Position numbers and translations under genes: made by a program. A stretch of 64,000 nt of DNA, from NCBI GenBank assembly GCA_019428855.1, contig JAHYJV010000001.1:14885-78884 (forward strand), written 5' to 3'. Below are positions 11,890 to 21,998 of this stretch, one piece after another. The notes beneath the pieces were generated by a model. The model was not told the DNA's origin, did not search any database, and saw only the letters and a program-made list of their open reading frames with translations. Position 1 is the first letter of the stretch; the number at the start of each line of letters is the position of its first letter. The DNA comes from Patescibacteria group bacterium (GTDB lineage: Bacteria > Patescibacteriota > Minisyncoccia > JAHIHE01 > JAGLIN01).

Positions 11890-12116
11890 AACAAGAGACA
11901 ATAAAGGAGGAAAAAAGTATATCGAATTTAATTAAAAAAAAAGAGATATTTTTACGAAAAATCTCTTGTATAGTGTTTTTTAATTTAATTTTTCTTCGAA
12001 TAATACGCAGAAAAATTAAGCACAGAGGCTTTCGGAATTTTTTGTAGAAAAAAATATTTTTCTACACCTTTTAAAATTACAATTTTCAATATTAAGCAAT
12101 TATTAAAATATTACAT

Positions 12117-12701
12117 ATGATTAATGCCAAAGAATCAACAATGTCTACAAAAGTTTTAATCCTTGAAACCGCTGAACATCTATTTGCAGAGTTTGGTTAT
12201 TTGGGTGTTTCAATGCAGGACATTGCTAGTGCTTTGGGAATTACGAAATCGGCATTATATTATCATTTTGATAGTAAAGAAAAAATTTATTTGAAAGTAT
12301 TAGATGACGCATTTTTAGAATTCTCAGAAGAAATTCAAAAAGTAACTCTTGATAAAAAATTATCAATTGAAAAAAGGTTTCACAAAACAGTTCTTGCATA
12401 CATTGATTTTTGTTTAGAAAAAAGAGATTTGGTTAAATTAACAATGCATAAATTGTCCAATGATAATGATGGTATCGTTAAATCTATTGCTAAAATAAAA
12501 ATTAATATTATTAATCAACTTGAACCTATTGTTGAGGAATATCTTGTCTATAAAAAAAGAAGCATATTGATTAATGGCAAAATTGCGACTTACTTTCTGG
12601 TCGGTATTCTTAATGCTTTTATTCTTGGTGAGATTGTCGATGGTGGAAAAGTCTGGAAGACAAAAGATATTGTTAGGCAGATTGAAAAATTATTTTTTTA
12701 A
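12117..12701 (+). CDS. TetR/AcrR family transcriptional regulator
   Basis: N-terminal HTH: AEHLFAEFGYLGVSMQDIASALGITKSALYYHFDSKE; start may be 12141. Confidence 0.93.
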   Translation: MINAKESTMSTKVLILETAEHLFAEFGYLGVSMQDIASALGITKSALYYHFDSKEKIYLKVLDDAFLEFSEEIQKVTLDKKLSIEKRFHKTVLAYIDFCLEKRDLVKLTMHKLSNDNDGIVKSIAKIKINIINQLEPIVEEYLVYKKRSILINGKIATYFLVGILNAFILGEIVDGGKVWKTKDIVRQIEKLFF

Positions 12702-12842
12702 GTTACTGATATTTTTCTTAAATGAATTTATTAATTATAATTTAATCAATCTTGATAAAATTATAAAAAATGAATTAATTACTGATAAACTTATTAGTAA
12801 AAAAATGGTTCATTAAAAATCGAGTAAAATGGAGGAATTACA

Positions 12843-13355
12843 TTGAAGGACAAGTTTAAGTTTGTATCCAGCTGTATTATTATTTTTTTTGTGATAATTG
12901 TATTGCTCGGAATATTAGGCATGATTTTTGGAGCTTTAGCGACGGGATTGATCTTTATTTCCCAAATAGTTCCAATTAAATTGGGAATTGTTCTGTTAAT
13001 GGTAATGGCAGTTACTATTAATATTATTAGCAAGATATCGCAGTCTGAAGACAACACAAAATTTTCTTTTTTCAAAGAGATTATTGTTATAAAAAATATC
13101 TCTGAAAGTTTGTTGAAAAATGGACATTTTAAAGTAGTCTATGTAAATCTTAGTGATAATATTTCTGTTATTGGATTTACCAATGGAGAGGTTACTGACA
13201 CAGGAAAAATCTTTGTCTTCGTGTCAACCACTCCAATTGCATCGACTGGTATAACTCTGCTTGTTGATTTAAAAAATATTCAGTACTCTGATTTATCAAC
13301 AAGAGAGGCTTTAATAGCAATTGTAACAGGAGGTCTTGGCTCAAAAAAGAAATGA
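12843..13355 (+). CDS. DUF502-like membrane protein
   Basis: Two TMs then VFVSTTPIASTG...DLSTREALIAIVTGG, like the DUF502 VFVPTTPNPTSG motif; GGAGG RBS before TTG. Confidence 0.65.
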   Translation: MKDKFKFVSSCIIIFFVIIVLLGILGMIFGALATGLIFISQIVPIKLGIVLLMVMAVTINIISKISQSEDNTKFSFFKEIIVIKNISESLLKNGHFKVVYVNLSDNISVIGFTNGEVTDTGKIFVFVSTTPIASTGITLLVDLKNIQYSDLSTREALIAIVTGGLGSKKK

Positions 13356-13484
13356 GGTTTTCGTAGGAAAAGAAAAGGAATGCATTCTCTTACTATTAAA
13401 AAAAATAGATTAAAAGATGCATTCCGAATTTTTTAAAATCAAATTCAATTTAAATATTTATAGTTTATTTATAATTTAAAAAAT

Positions 13485-13826
13485 ATGATTTTAAACCAAA
13501 AATATATTAGTAAGTTTATTTTAGGTCTTTATATTTTGACTTTTGTATTTGCTTTAAGTTCTTCCATACTGCCTGAAACTTCGCAAGGTGCTACGATTTC
13601 TGGCTGGGGAACAGCATATGTTCCAGACGGAACTCCCACTGATATCAGACAAGCCATTATAAATGTAACTAATTGGATTTTAGGGTTTGTTTCGATGGTG
13701 TGTGTTTTGGTTGTTCTATATGGACTGGTCAGTGGTGCCGACACCATAAAATATGGACTTTTGGGTCTTGTTATTTGTGGCTTGGCCTATGCAATCGTAA
13801 TTGTTGTTTCGACTGTTATCTTATGA
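13485..13826 (+). CDS. CPR-type pilin-like (TrbC/VirB2-like) membrane protein
   Basis: Signal peptide, then IINVTNWILGFV...IKYGLLGLVICGLAYAIV two-helix hydrophobic core. Confidence 0.65.
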   Translation: MILNQKYISKFILGLYILTFVFALSSSILPETSQGATISGWGTAYVPDGTPTDIRQAIINVTNWILGFVSMVCVLVVLYGLVSGADTIKYGLLGLVICGLAYAIVIVVSTVIL

Positions 13827-14153
13827 TTTTAATATAAAAATTAAGAATCTAAAAATAATTTCGAAGTAGCTTTAAAAAAACTCATAGAATAAAAAAACTA
13901 CTAGACTATATAAATCATTTAATCATATCTTTTTTGTAGACTATTTTTTACTAGCAAAATAACGAAAAAAAATTCCATTTTTTCTTATCTGGTGAGCAGA
14001 CTTATTCACAAAAAACAGAATCGAAAAAAGTTGGCTCCATGCTTTCGCAGGGAGCCTTTTGAAATTTGGGCAGATACTTTTTTTATGAAAAATTTAATTC
14101 GAATTATTTTGCATTTTGTGTTAAAATAAAGATATAATAAATAATTAATCAGC

Positions 14154-15890
14154 ATGAAAAAAACAAAAGACAATTTTTTAGATGTTGCTTACTTTTCAAT
14201 GGAAGTGGCTATTAATTCGGAAATGATGACATATAGCGGTGGTTTGGGAGTGTTGGCGGGTGATACGCTAAAAACTTTTGCTGACTTTAAGTATACAGCA
14301 GTAGGAATTACGATTTTACATGAACAAGGCTATGTCAAACAGAGTCTTGATTCAGCAGGACAACAAATAAGTAAATCGGTGCTTTGGAATAAAGAAGAAA
14401 ATTTAACAAAACTTCCTTTTACTATCGAGGTTCCCTTGAGCGATCATGTAGTTGTGTGTGCAATTTGGCAATATAATATTGAGGGACAATTCGGCGATAT
14501 CGTGCCTGTGTATTTTTTAGATTCTAATCTTCCTCAAAATACTGAGTATGATCGTACATTTACGAGTCACTTATACGGAGGTGATAGATTTTATCGCCTT
14601 TGCCAAGAACAGTTACTTGGATTAGGTGGTTTGATCTTGCTTGAGATGTTAAATTATAATTCTGACAAAGTTCGTATCTACCATTTGAACGAAGGTCATG
14701 CTTCTTTTGTCGGATTGGCTCTGTATGAGCAGGCTAAGAAATTATTTTCAACCCATATTGAAGTAATTGATTATATAGGTTCCAAATTAGTATTTACGAC
14801 ACATACCCCTGTTGAGGCTGGTCATGATCGTTTCTTAATTTCTGATGTTAAGCACACTCTTCCTGCCAGTCTTTTTGAGAAGATTCCGCAAGAATGCTTT
14901 TTAGAAGATAAACTTTGTATGACATTATTGTCTCTTTATTTTTCTGGCATTGTAACTGGAGTAGCGAAGATGCATGAAAAAGTAACAGAAAAGATGTTTC
15001 CAGAATATGATATCATACCTGTCACAAATGGTGCCTATCATCTGGAATGGACTCATCCAGATTTAAAAAAAGTTTACGATGAATATATTCCCGAATGGAC
15101 CATTGATCCATCTAGCTTGCGAAAAGCAATTAGTATACCAGATGAAAAAATATGGGATGCACATGTTGAGGCGAAAAAGAAATTGATAAAATATGTAAAT
15201 CAATTCTCAGAAAATGAATTTTCAGTGGATGTTTGTACTTTGGGATATGCTCGTCGTTTTACATCGTATAAACGACCCGCCCTTATTTTAGCTGATCTCG
15301 AAAAATTGGAAAATATGATTTCTGCCGTGGGAAGTTTGCAAATTATTTTTGCTGGAAAGGCTCACCCTTCCGATGAAAAAGGCAAGGATTCGATAAGGGG
15401 TATTTACGAAATAATTCAAAAACATCAGGGAAAAATTAAGATGATATTTTTAGAGGACTATAATATGGAAATGGCTAAAAAATTGGTGGCTGGAGTTGAT
15501 ATTTGGCTAAACACTCCCTTGCAAAAGTTTGAAGCTTCTGGAACAAGCGGAATGAAAGCATCATTTAATGGAGTTCCACATCTAAGTGTCTTGGATGGTT
15601 GGTGGCCAGAGGGCTGGACTGAAGGGGTGACGGGATGGTCAATTGGTAAAAATTCTTCAGAGGCTAGAATTGATGATTTGACTAGCTGGAATTTTGAAGT
15701 TGAAGACTTATATCAAAAGCTTGCTACGAATATTTTACCTTTGTATTATCAAGACCGATTAGGATTTATAAAGATAATGAAACATGCTCTTGCGTTAAAC
15801 GGGTCACATTTTAATACATATAGAATGATGAACGATTATGTCGCAAAAGTTTATTTTCCATTGAAAAATGGATTAAATAAAAAGTGGTAG
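14154..15890 (+). CDS. glgP: alpha-glucan phosphorylase
   Basis: YFSME, YSGGLGVLAGD, HLNEGH, EASGTSGMKA (PLP lysine), DGWW motifs. Confidence 0.95.
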   Translation: MKKTKDNFLDVAYFSMEVAINSEMMTYSGGLGVLAGDTLKTFADFKYTAVGITILHEQGYVKQSLDSAGQQISKSVLWNKEENLTKLPFTIEVPLSDHVVVCAIWQYNIEGQFGDIVPVYFLDSNLPQNTEYDRTFTSHLYGGDRFYRLCQEQLLGLGGLILLEMLNYNSDKVRIYHLNEGHASFVGLALYEQAKKLFSTHIEVIDYIGSKLVFTTHTPVEAGHDRFLISDVKHTLPASLFEKIPQECFLEDKLCMTLLSLYFSGIVTGVAKMHEKVTEKMFPEYDIIPVTNGAYHLEWTHPDLKKVYDEYIPEWTIDPSSLRKAISIPDEKIWDAHVEAKKKLIKYVNQFSENEFSVDVCTLGYARRFTSYKRPALILADLEKLENMISAVGSLQIIFAGKAHPSDEKGKDSIRGIYEIIQKHQGKIKMIFLEDYNMEMAKKLVAGVDIWLNTPLQKFEASGTSGMKASFNGVPHLSVLDGWWPEGWTEGVTGWSIGKNSSEARIDDLTSWNFEVEDLYQKLATNILPLYYQDRLGFIKIMKHALALNGSHFNTYRMMNDYVAKVYFPLKNGLNKKW

Positions 15891-16084
15891 TGAAATAAAA
15901 TATTATAAATCAAAATAAGCATTAAAATTATTGAAAATCTAGAATTTCAAGGTCCGTTTAGATAATATCAAAAATTGATTGCTACTCAAATTGAGAACAC
16001 CAGAGTAAAAGACATTATTATTGCACTAATCTCATAATATTGGTAAAATATAAGTGTTAAATAGTAAAAAAGGAGGCAAAGCAT

Positions 16085-16750
16085 ATGAAAAACAAAAAAG
16101 AACTTAAATGGCTAATTATAACTTTGCTGGTGGCCATCATTATATATCTCGTGCTTTCTTCTGCAAGCAAGTGTGCTTTGGCAACTCAGGCGGATTTTTG
16201 TTCGGGTGGGTATACTTTTGGAATGTCTTTTAGTGCTTTCATTTCTAATATGTTTTATGTTTTTTTGGCGATGTTTTTTTGGTTTATTTCACCGATTGGT
16301 GTTTTATTCTTATTAGGCATAAAGTTGTTTTTTTCTGAGAATGCATCAAGTGTGAGGAGACATATCGCCATGTTAATTCAATTTCTATCTTTTCTGACTT
16401 GGTCTTCAGTGATGTTTATATTAATAGTTGTTTACATTGATTCAACTTCGTATCAAGTACTTGGTTCGGGAGGGGCAATGTTAAATTTGGTGATTAAATC
16501 AGGGTTAGGTTTCATGATATTTATGATTATATTGGCTTTGGCTGAAAATAATATTATAAATAGGCAGAAATGTAAATTAAAAAATGAGAAGGAAAAAATA
16601 AAGAATATTGATGAAAATAGAAGAGAAGGAAAAAATAGTAAATTTGAAGAAAATTCTGGAGTCAAGAAAGGTGGGATAAAAAATAAAATTAAGAACAAAA
16701 TTAAAGAAGAAATTAAAGAAATTATTGATAATAAGATTGATAAATTATAA
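16085..16750 (+). CDS. hypothetical multi-pass membrane protein
   Basis: About 4 hydrophobic segments, charged tail, AGGAGG RBS. Confidence 0.75.
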   Translation: MKNKKELKWLIITLLVAIIIYLVLSSASKCALATQADFCSGGYTFGMSFSAFISNMFYVFLAMFFWFISPIGVLFLLGIKLFFSENASSVRRHIAMLIQFLSFLTWSSVMFILIVVYIDSTSYQVLGSGGAMLNLVIKSGLGFMIFMIILALAENNIINRQKCKLKNEKEKIKNIDENRREGKNSKFEENSGVKKGGIKNKIKNKIKEEIKEIIDNKIDKL

Positions 16751-16773
16751 ATTATAAATTATTAATTAAAATT

Positions 16774-17385
16774 ATGGCTATATTAAAAAGCTTACAAAAT
16801 TTATTAGAAAAAAATAGTGTGAAGCATGAAGTTATTGAACACAAAACTGTTTATACGGCTCATGATAGTGCTGAAACTCAGCATATTAAACCGCAGGAAG
16901 TTGTGAAAACTCTAGTGATGAAAATAAGCTCAAACAAACATGTTTTGGCTTTAATTCCTGCGCATAGGAATTTAGACAAGAAAAAACTTCTCAAGGAAAT
17001 AAATGTCTGGCTGAAAAAGGAAGAGAGTAGGGCTGTCAAAACTGTGGAGTTCGCCAAAGAGGCTTGGATGAAAAAGAATATGAAAGGGAAAATTGGGGCG
17101 ACTGTTCCCTTTGGTTCTCTCGCCAAAATGAAGACTTTTATCGATAAGAGTTTGTTGAAAAATAAAGATTTGATTATTAATACTGGGGATTACAATAAAT
17201 CAATTAAATTGGCGACGGCTAAATTTTTAGAATTGGAAGATGTAGTGAAAGGACTTATTTCAAAAGCAAAGCCAGTAAAGAAAAAAATAAAAGTCAAGCC
17301 TAAAGCGGTGATAAAGAAAAATAAGATTAAATCAAAAGTTAAACCTCGAGCTTTCGAAGTAAAAAAGAAAAAGACTAAGATATAG
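16774..17385 (+). CDS. YbaK/EbsC (aminoacyl-tRNA deacylase) family protein with Lys-rich tail
   Basis: EHKTVYTA, VVKTLV, GATVPFG, INTG motifs. Confidence 0.85.
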   Translation: MAILKSLQNLLEKNSVKHEVIEHKTVYTAHDSAETQHIKPQEVVKTLVMKISSNKHVLALIPAHRNLDKKKLLKEINVWLKKEESRAVKTVEFAKEAWMKKNMKGKIGATVPFGSLAKMKTFIDKSLLKNKDLIINTGDYNKSIKLATAKFLELEDVVKGLISKAKPVKKKIKVKPKAVIKKNKIKSKVKPRAFEVKKKKTKI

Positions 17386-17401
17386 AAATAAAAAAAACAG
17401 A

Positions 17402-17569
17402 CTATGTTATGTCTGCTAGTTGTTTTATACTATTAATTATCTTGTTTATGCCCTTATAAATAACTATTTTAGAGCCATCTTCGAGGCATATTATTTTTTT
17501 CCCACCTATCATAATTCTTGTCAGGGGAATGTAAGTGAATTCAACCAACGTATATTTTTTTATCACCAT
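17402..17569 (-). CDS. antisense mini-gene (55 aa, MVIKKYTLVEFTYIPLTRIMIGGKKIICLEDGSK...)
   Basis: ATG-TAG ORF filling the ybaK-scpA gap; minus-strand terminator CAGAC-N8-GTCTG plus T-run at its end. Confidence 0.5.
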   Translation of the reverse strand: MVIKKYTLVEFTYIPLTRIMIGGKKIICLEDGSKIVIYKGINKIINSIKQLADIT

Positions 17570-17587
17570 ATATTATATATATCACAT

Positions 17588-18313
17588 ATGTCCTATATTG
17601 TTAAGGCACACAATTTACAGAATCAGGAACAGATGTTTGAAGGTCCACTCGATCTTCTTTTGGATTTGATTGAAAAAGAAAAACTTGATATTACGGATAT
17701 TGCGCTGGCTCAAGTTGCAGATCAATTTATAGGTTATCTTGAAAACTCAAAGGAAGATATTACTCCAGAATATCTTTCAAGCTTTATTTTAGTTGCCGGA
17801 AAACTTATCTTAATTAAGTCCAAAGCAATCTTGCCAATGTTGGAGCTTGAAAAGGAGGAAGAAGAGGATATTGAAGAATTGAAATCAAGGTTAAGGGAAT
17901 ATCAAAGATTCAAAAATATTTCCAAGGAGATTAAATTGTTGGAAAAAAGAAGCGAAATGTTTTATTCCAGACAGAGTTATTCTGGTATGAAAAATATATT
18001 TAGTCCTCCTGAAGATATAAGTTGTATTGATTTGCAGTCGTCTCTGGAAAATATTTTTATTAAAATGCCTCAGATTGATACGACAAGAAAAATGGTGATC
18101 ATCAATAATATTAACATAAAGGATAAAATACAATATATAAAAGATCGGATGATGCATCGAATCGAAATGACATTTAAAGATATGACAGTTGATGCAAGTG
18201 ACAAAATTGAGATTATTATAACATTTTTGGCCATGCTTGAGCTTGTAAGAAAAAGTTTAGTTGTCGTAGAACAGGCTGACATGTTTGGAGATATCAAAAT
18301 AAAGAGAATTTAA
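17588..18313 (+). CDS. scpA: segregation and condensation protein A
   Basis: FEGPLDLLLDLI and TFLAMLEL motifs; ATG 17588 preferred over the TTG at 17420. Confidence 0.93.
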   Translation: MSYIVKAHNLQNQEQMFEGPLDLLLDLIEKEKLDITDIALAQVADQFIGYLENSKEDITPEYLSSFILVAGKLILIKSKAILPMLELEKEEEEDIEELKSRLREYQRFKNISKEIKLLEKRSEMFYSRQSYSGMKNIFSPPEDISCIDLQSSLENIFIKMPQIDTTRKMVIINNINIKDKIQYIKDRMMHRIEMTFKDMTVDASDKIEIIITFLAMLELVRKSLVVVEQADMFGDIKIKRI

Positions 18314-18331
18314 TATTAATAATAAAAAATT

Positions 18332-18913
18332 ATGAATACCGAAGCGGTTATTGAGAGTTTATTATTTATTTCAGGAGAACCAATGAGTTTCAAAAAACTT
18401 TCAAAAATTATTGAGGTTGTTGAAAGTGACATAAAGTTGGCAGCTGACAAACTGGCAGAGCAATATTCCAAGTCAAATAGGGGATTAAGAGTTATTATTA
18501 ATGAGAATAAGATTCAAATGGTTACTGCTGGGGAGAGCAGCCTATTTGTTGAAAAATATCTTAAAACTGATATTGAGGGTGATCTTAGTAATGCAGCACT
18601 AGAAGTTCTCTCAATTATTGCATACAGAGGACCAATTTCACGATCTGCGATTGAAGAGATTAGGGGGGTGAATTGTAGCTTTACAATAAGACATCTAACG
18701 ATTAGGGGTCTTGTTGAGAGAATTAGTAATCCAAATGATGCCCGAGCATATATTTATCGAGTTTCTTTGGATTTTTTGAAAAAATTGGGAATTGAAAAAG
18801 TTCAAGACCTACCTAAATATAGTGAATTGCGAGACCGAAAAATATTTGAGAAAAATAAAGAGAATATTATTTTTGATAATGTCGCAGAAGAGAAATTTGA
18901 TAAGCAAAAGTAA
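18332..18913 (+). CDS. scpB: segregation and condensation protein B
   Basis: IESLLFISGEP, LSNAALEVLSIIAYRGPISR, IRGVN motifs. Confidence 0.95.
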   Translation: MNTEAVIESLLFISGEPMSFKKLSKIIEVVESDIKLAADKLAEQYSKSNRGLRVIINENKIQMVTAGESSLFVEKYLKTDIEGDLSNAALEVLSIIAYRGPISRSAIEEIRGVNCSFTIRHLTIRGLVERISNPNDARAYIYRVSLDFLKKLGIEKVQDLPKYSELRDRKIFEKNKENIIFDNVAEEKFDKQK

Positions 18914-18928
18914 TAATTAAAAATTAAA

Positions 18929-19885
18929 ATGATTGAAAATATTGCCATAATTATATTAGCCTTATTATCTCAGATTAATATTGTTACAGGTGATGCAGGA
19001 CTAAACCAGATATTAAATCAATTTGTAAAAAATGATTCAGTTAATGTCTCTACTAATAAAGAGAATTGGAATACATATAAAATTATTTCTGAAAATGAAG
19101 CAGAAATACGGCCTTTACCTTCTAGGATTAAAAATAATAAGATTAACATAGACTCAAGCTCGGCGATTGCCTTTGATGTGGGAACGGACTATATTCTGTA
19201 TTCAAAGGATATAAAAAAAAAGTTGCCCATAGCAAGTTTGACAAAAATTATGACATCAATAATTGTATTAGAAAATAATAATCTTGATGATGTCGTGGTA
19301 ATAAATCAAAGTGCTCTTCAGACCGAAGGAAGAAAGGTGGGTCTGTTGACAGGAGAAAAGATTACTGTGGATAATTTATTAAAGATTATGTTAGTAAGTT
19401 CAAATAATATCGCTGCCGTTGCTCTTGCGGAACATACGGGTGGGGATGTTAAAAATTTCGTTGAGTTAATGAATCAAAAAGCAAAAGTTTTAGGGCTTGA
19501 TGATACCGAATTCTATAATCCAACTGGTTTAGATGAAGTAAATATCAACATATCTACTGCTTATGATGTTGCTCAATTAGTTGATTATGCTTTAGAAAAG
19601 TCAATTATCTGGGAATATTCCAAAACTAAAAGTGTTACAGCGAGCTCTGTAGATGAAAAAATAAATCACAAAGTAAATAATACCAATCAATTGTTAGGAG
19701 TAATGGAAAATGTGATAGGTGGGAAAACTGGCTTCACGGATATGGCAGGTGAATGTTTGATGATAATCCGAGCTGACCCTAGGGATGAAAATAATCGAGT
19801 TATTACTGTCGTGCTTAATGCCCAAGATCGATTTATGCAAACGCAGAGATTACAAAATTGGGTTTGGGAAAATTATAAGTGGTAG
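18929..19885 (+). CDS. D-alanyl-D-alanine carboxypeptidase (peptidase S11)
   Basis: ASLTK (SxxK), SNN (SxN), KTG motifs. Confidence 0.92.
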   Translation: MIENIAIIILALLSQINIVTGDAGLNQILNQFVKNDSVNVSTNKENWNTYKIISENEAEIRPLPSRIKNNKINIDSSSAIAFDVGTDYILYSKDIKKKLPIASLTKIMTSIIVLENNNLDDVVVINQSALQTEGRKVGLLTGEKITVDNLLKIMLVSSNNIAAVALAEHTGGDVKNFVELMNQKAKVLGLDDTEFYNPTGLDEVNINISTAYDVAQLVDYALEKSIIWEYSKTKSVTASSVDEKINHKVNNTNQLLGVMENVIGGKTGFTDMAGECLMIIRADPRDENNRVITVVLNAQDRFMQTQRLQNWVWENYKW

Positions 19886-19908
19886 TGTTAATTTTATCAT
19901 TTTGTGAA

Positions 19909-20268
19909 ATGAAAATTATGAGCATAGAAAATATGACAACAAAAGAGATTTGTTCGGAAAGTGAATTTCGTGATACTCTTCTTATGGAGTTGCTAAAAAC
20001 GAAAGAAACTGGAATTACTAGTAAGGATTTGTTCAATGTTATGCAGGTCGCTATTCCCGATGACATTAAAAAACCTAAACTTGCTCAACTAAATGATGTT
20101 TTAAGAGAGCTGGCAAGCAAAGGACTTATTACTATTAATAGTATTTTGGAAAAGGGAAAATATCAATATTTTGACATTTATCCAAATGATATTATTAAAG
20201 TCAGTCCTCAGGAAAATAATAGTTTATTGAGCTTGTTAAGAAAAAGGGATGATGATAATAATAAGTAA
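19909..20268 (+). CDS. hypothetical protein, possible winged helix
   Basis: ITSKDLF...LNDVLRELASKGLI pattern; start uncertain. Confidence 0.55.
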   Translation: MKIMSIENMTTKEICSESEFRDTLLMELLKTKETGITSKDLFNVMQVAIPDDIKKPKLAQLNDVLRELASKGLITINSILEKGKYQYFDIYPNDIIKVSPQENNSLLSLLRKRDDDNNK

Positions 20269-20271
20269 CTA

Positions 20272-20397
20272 TGTTATCCCGAGTGACGAAAGGAGGCGAG
20301 GGGTCACTCTCTCTTTAATCACGCTAAACATTATTAAATGTCAATCCCAATTAAGAGCGATTCCTCTATCTTTCTGCCATTCTTCTCGGAATGACAG
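20272..20397. repeat. degenerate REP pair (GTTATCCCGAG...CTCGGAATGAC)
   Basis: Inverted arms of the GTCATT...AATGAC family. Confidence 0.55.
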
Positions 20398-20499
20398 TTG
20401 AATATTGCTCTTTTTTTGATGACAAAATTTCAAAGTTAAAATAAAAACATGCGAAAAATGAAAAAATAATAAATATTTTTCTACAAAAAAAAGCATACA

Positions 20500-20535
20500 A
20501 AAAAAGATGAAAAAACTAACCTTTTCATCTTTTTT
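20500..20535 (-). terminator. intrinsic terminator after rplT
   Basis: AAAAAAGATGAAAA / TTTTCATCTTTTTT inverted repeat. Confidence 0.65.
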
Positions 20536-20549
20536 ACTATTATATAAAA

Positions 20550-20906
20550 TTATTTTATTACTTCTTTTGCTTTTTCGATTATGCTTTTAAAAACCTTTGG
20601 ATTTTCAATTGCCATTTGTGAAAGCACTTTTCGGTCAAGATCAATCTTTGATATTTTGAGAGCATGAATGAATTTACTATAATTCAATCCGTATTCTCTG
20701 ACACCAGCATTAAGTCTGATTAGCCAAAGGCCTCGCATTGATCTTTTTTTAGCTTTTCTATCTCGATATGCATAAGTACCAGCTTTCATCAATGCTTCTT
20801 TTGCGGCTTTATATTTCTTACTTCTAGCATTTAGAAATCCTTTCGCTTTTTTCAAAACTTTTTTCCTTCTTTTGTTGGCCATTACGCCTCTTTTTATTCT
20901 TGTCAT
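20550..20906 (-). CDS. rplT: 50S ribosomal protein L20
   Basis: MTRIKRG, YAYRDRK, LDRKVLS motifs. Confidence 0.97.
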   Translation of the reverse strand: MTRIKRGVMANKRRKKVLKKAKGFLNARSKKYKAAKEALMKAGTYAYRDRKAKKRSMRGLWLIRLNAGVREYGLNYSKFIHALKISKIDLDRKVLSQMAIENPKVFKSIIEKAKEVIK

Positions 20907-20934
20907 TTCAGTTGATTATTTAATCTAATTATAT

Positions 20935-21126
20935 CTATTTCCCAAGCTGTCTCTTGATAGATTTTTTCGTGGCATTGGTAATTTTTTTGTCTAATCTTTT
21001 TGCTCTCGTAACATTACCTGACTCACTAGAATTGAAGTGATCTTGATTTGCTGTTCGTGCTATAACTTTTCCAGTCTTAGAAATTTTAAATCTTTTAGCT
21101 ACAGCTCTTTTAGTTTTAATTTTCAT
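20935..21126 (-). CDS. rpmI: 50S ribosomal protein L35
   Basis: KIKTKRAVAKRFKISKTGK; between infC and rplT. Confidence 0.93.
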   Translation of the reverse strand: MKIKTKRAVAKRFKISKTGKVIARTANQDHFNSSESGNVTRAKRLDKKITNATKKSIKRQLGK

Positions 21127-21164
21127 TTTTCTAGAAATTATTAGTTAAGTATAAGTGCTGATTA

Positions 21165-21716
21165 TTATTTTTTCTTAAATTCAATAACTATATTCAACCC
21201 TTGTGGAGTTTTCTTGATTTCTTGCTCTTTGACAATATCTCTTTCTTCTGTTTCCTTGTCAGCTTTTGACATCTCGGTAATCATAGTGAGAAATTTTTCC
21301 ATTTTTTCAGTGGCTAGATTTTGATGAGCCTTCTCTCTGCCCTTAAGGACCATATCAATTTTTACTCTGTCGCCATTTTTGAGAAATTTGACCGCATTCT
21401 TTGCCTTAAAGCTTAAATCATGTTTTTCTGCCCTCATGCTAATTCGGAGCGCTTTGGTTTCTGTTTTTTTTATTTTTGCATTTTGGTGCCTTTTTTGCTT
21501 AGCAATCTTATAAAGATATTTGCCGTAATCCATTATCTTACAAACTGGAGGTTTGAGATGCGGAGAAACTTCTACTAAATCAAGTTCTCTTTCTGTAGCT
21601 AAAATTAAAGCATCTTTAAACTTCAGAAGTCCTAATTGCTTCCCCGTTTCATCAATCACCATAACTTCTGGTAATTTGATTTGTCCGTTTACTCTTAATT
21701 CTTTTGTTTTTGCTAT
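21165..21716 (-). CDS. infC: translation initiation factor IF-3 with non-AUG start (ATA at 21716, or an upstream ATT)
   Basis: LDLVEVSP, PPVCKIMDYGKY; the frame extends upstream of ATG 21662 as IAKTKELRVNGQIKLPEV with no ATG. Confidence 0.93.
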   Translation of the reverse strand: MAKTKELRVNGQIKLPEVMVIDETGKQLGLLKFKDALILATERELDLVEVSPHLKPPVCKIMDYGKYLYKIAKQKRHQNAKIKKTETKALRISMRAEKHDLSFKAKNAVKFLKNGDRVKIDMVLKGREKAHQNLATEKMEKFLTMITEMSKADKETEERDIVKEQEIKKTPQGLNIVIEFKKK

Positions 21717-21998
21717 ATATTTATCTTTAATAATTAGTCTTATTTGATTTAAGTATATATTAATAAGGAATATTTTGCAATATTTACTAGTAGTACATGC
21801 CTAAAACATATATATTTTTGTGAAGACGGTGGTAATTTCACTGTCCACCTTTCAGGCAGTGCTTTAAAACTCCTCGGTTTTAATATTTAAGCCATGGGAA
21901 ATTGTCGTTTTCCAAACCTTTTATTGTTTAATTCCCTTCGGCTATTTATTTCTTGAATATTTCTTTTTTAATGATATCTATTTCGCTTGAGAAATTAT

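Noticed and set aside
17420-17587. N-terminal extension of ScpA from a TTG start
   Set aside because: Not ScpA-like; it is the reverse complement of the 17402-17569 mini-gene, and ATG 17588 fits the family.
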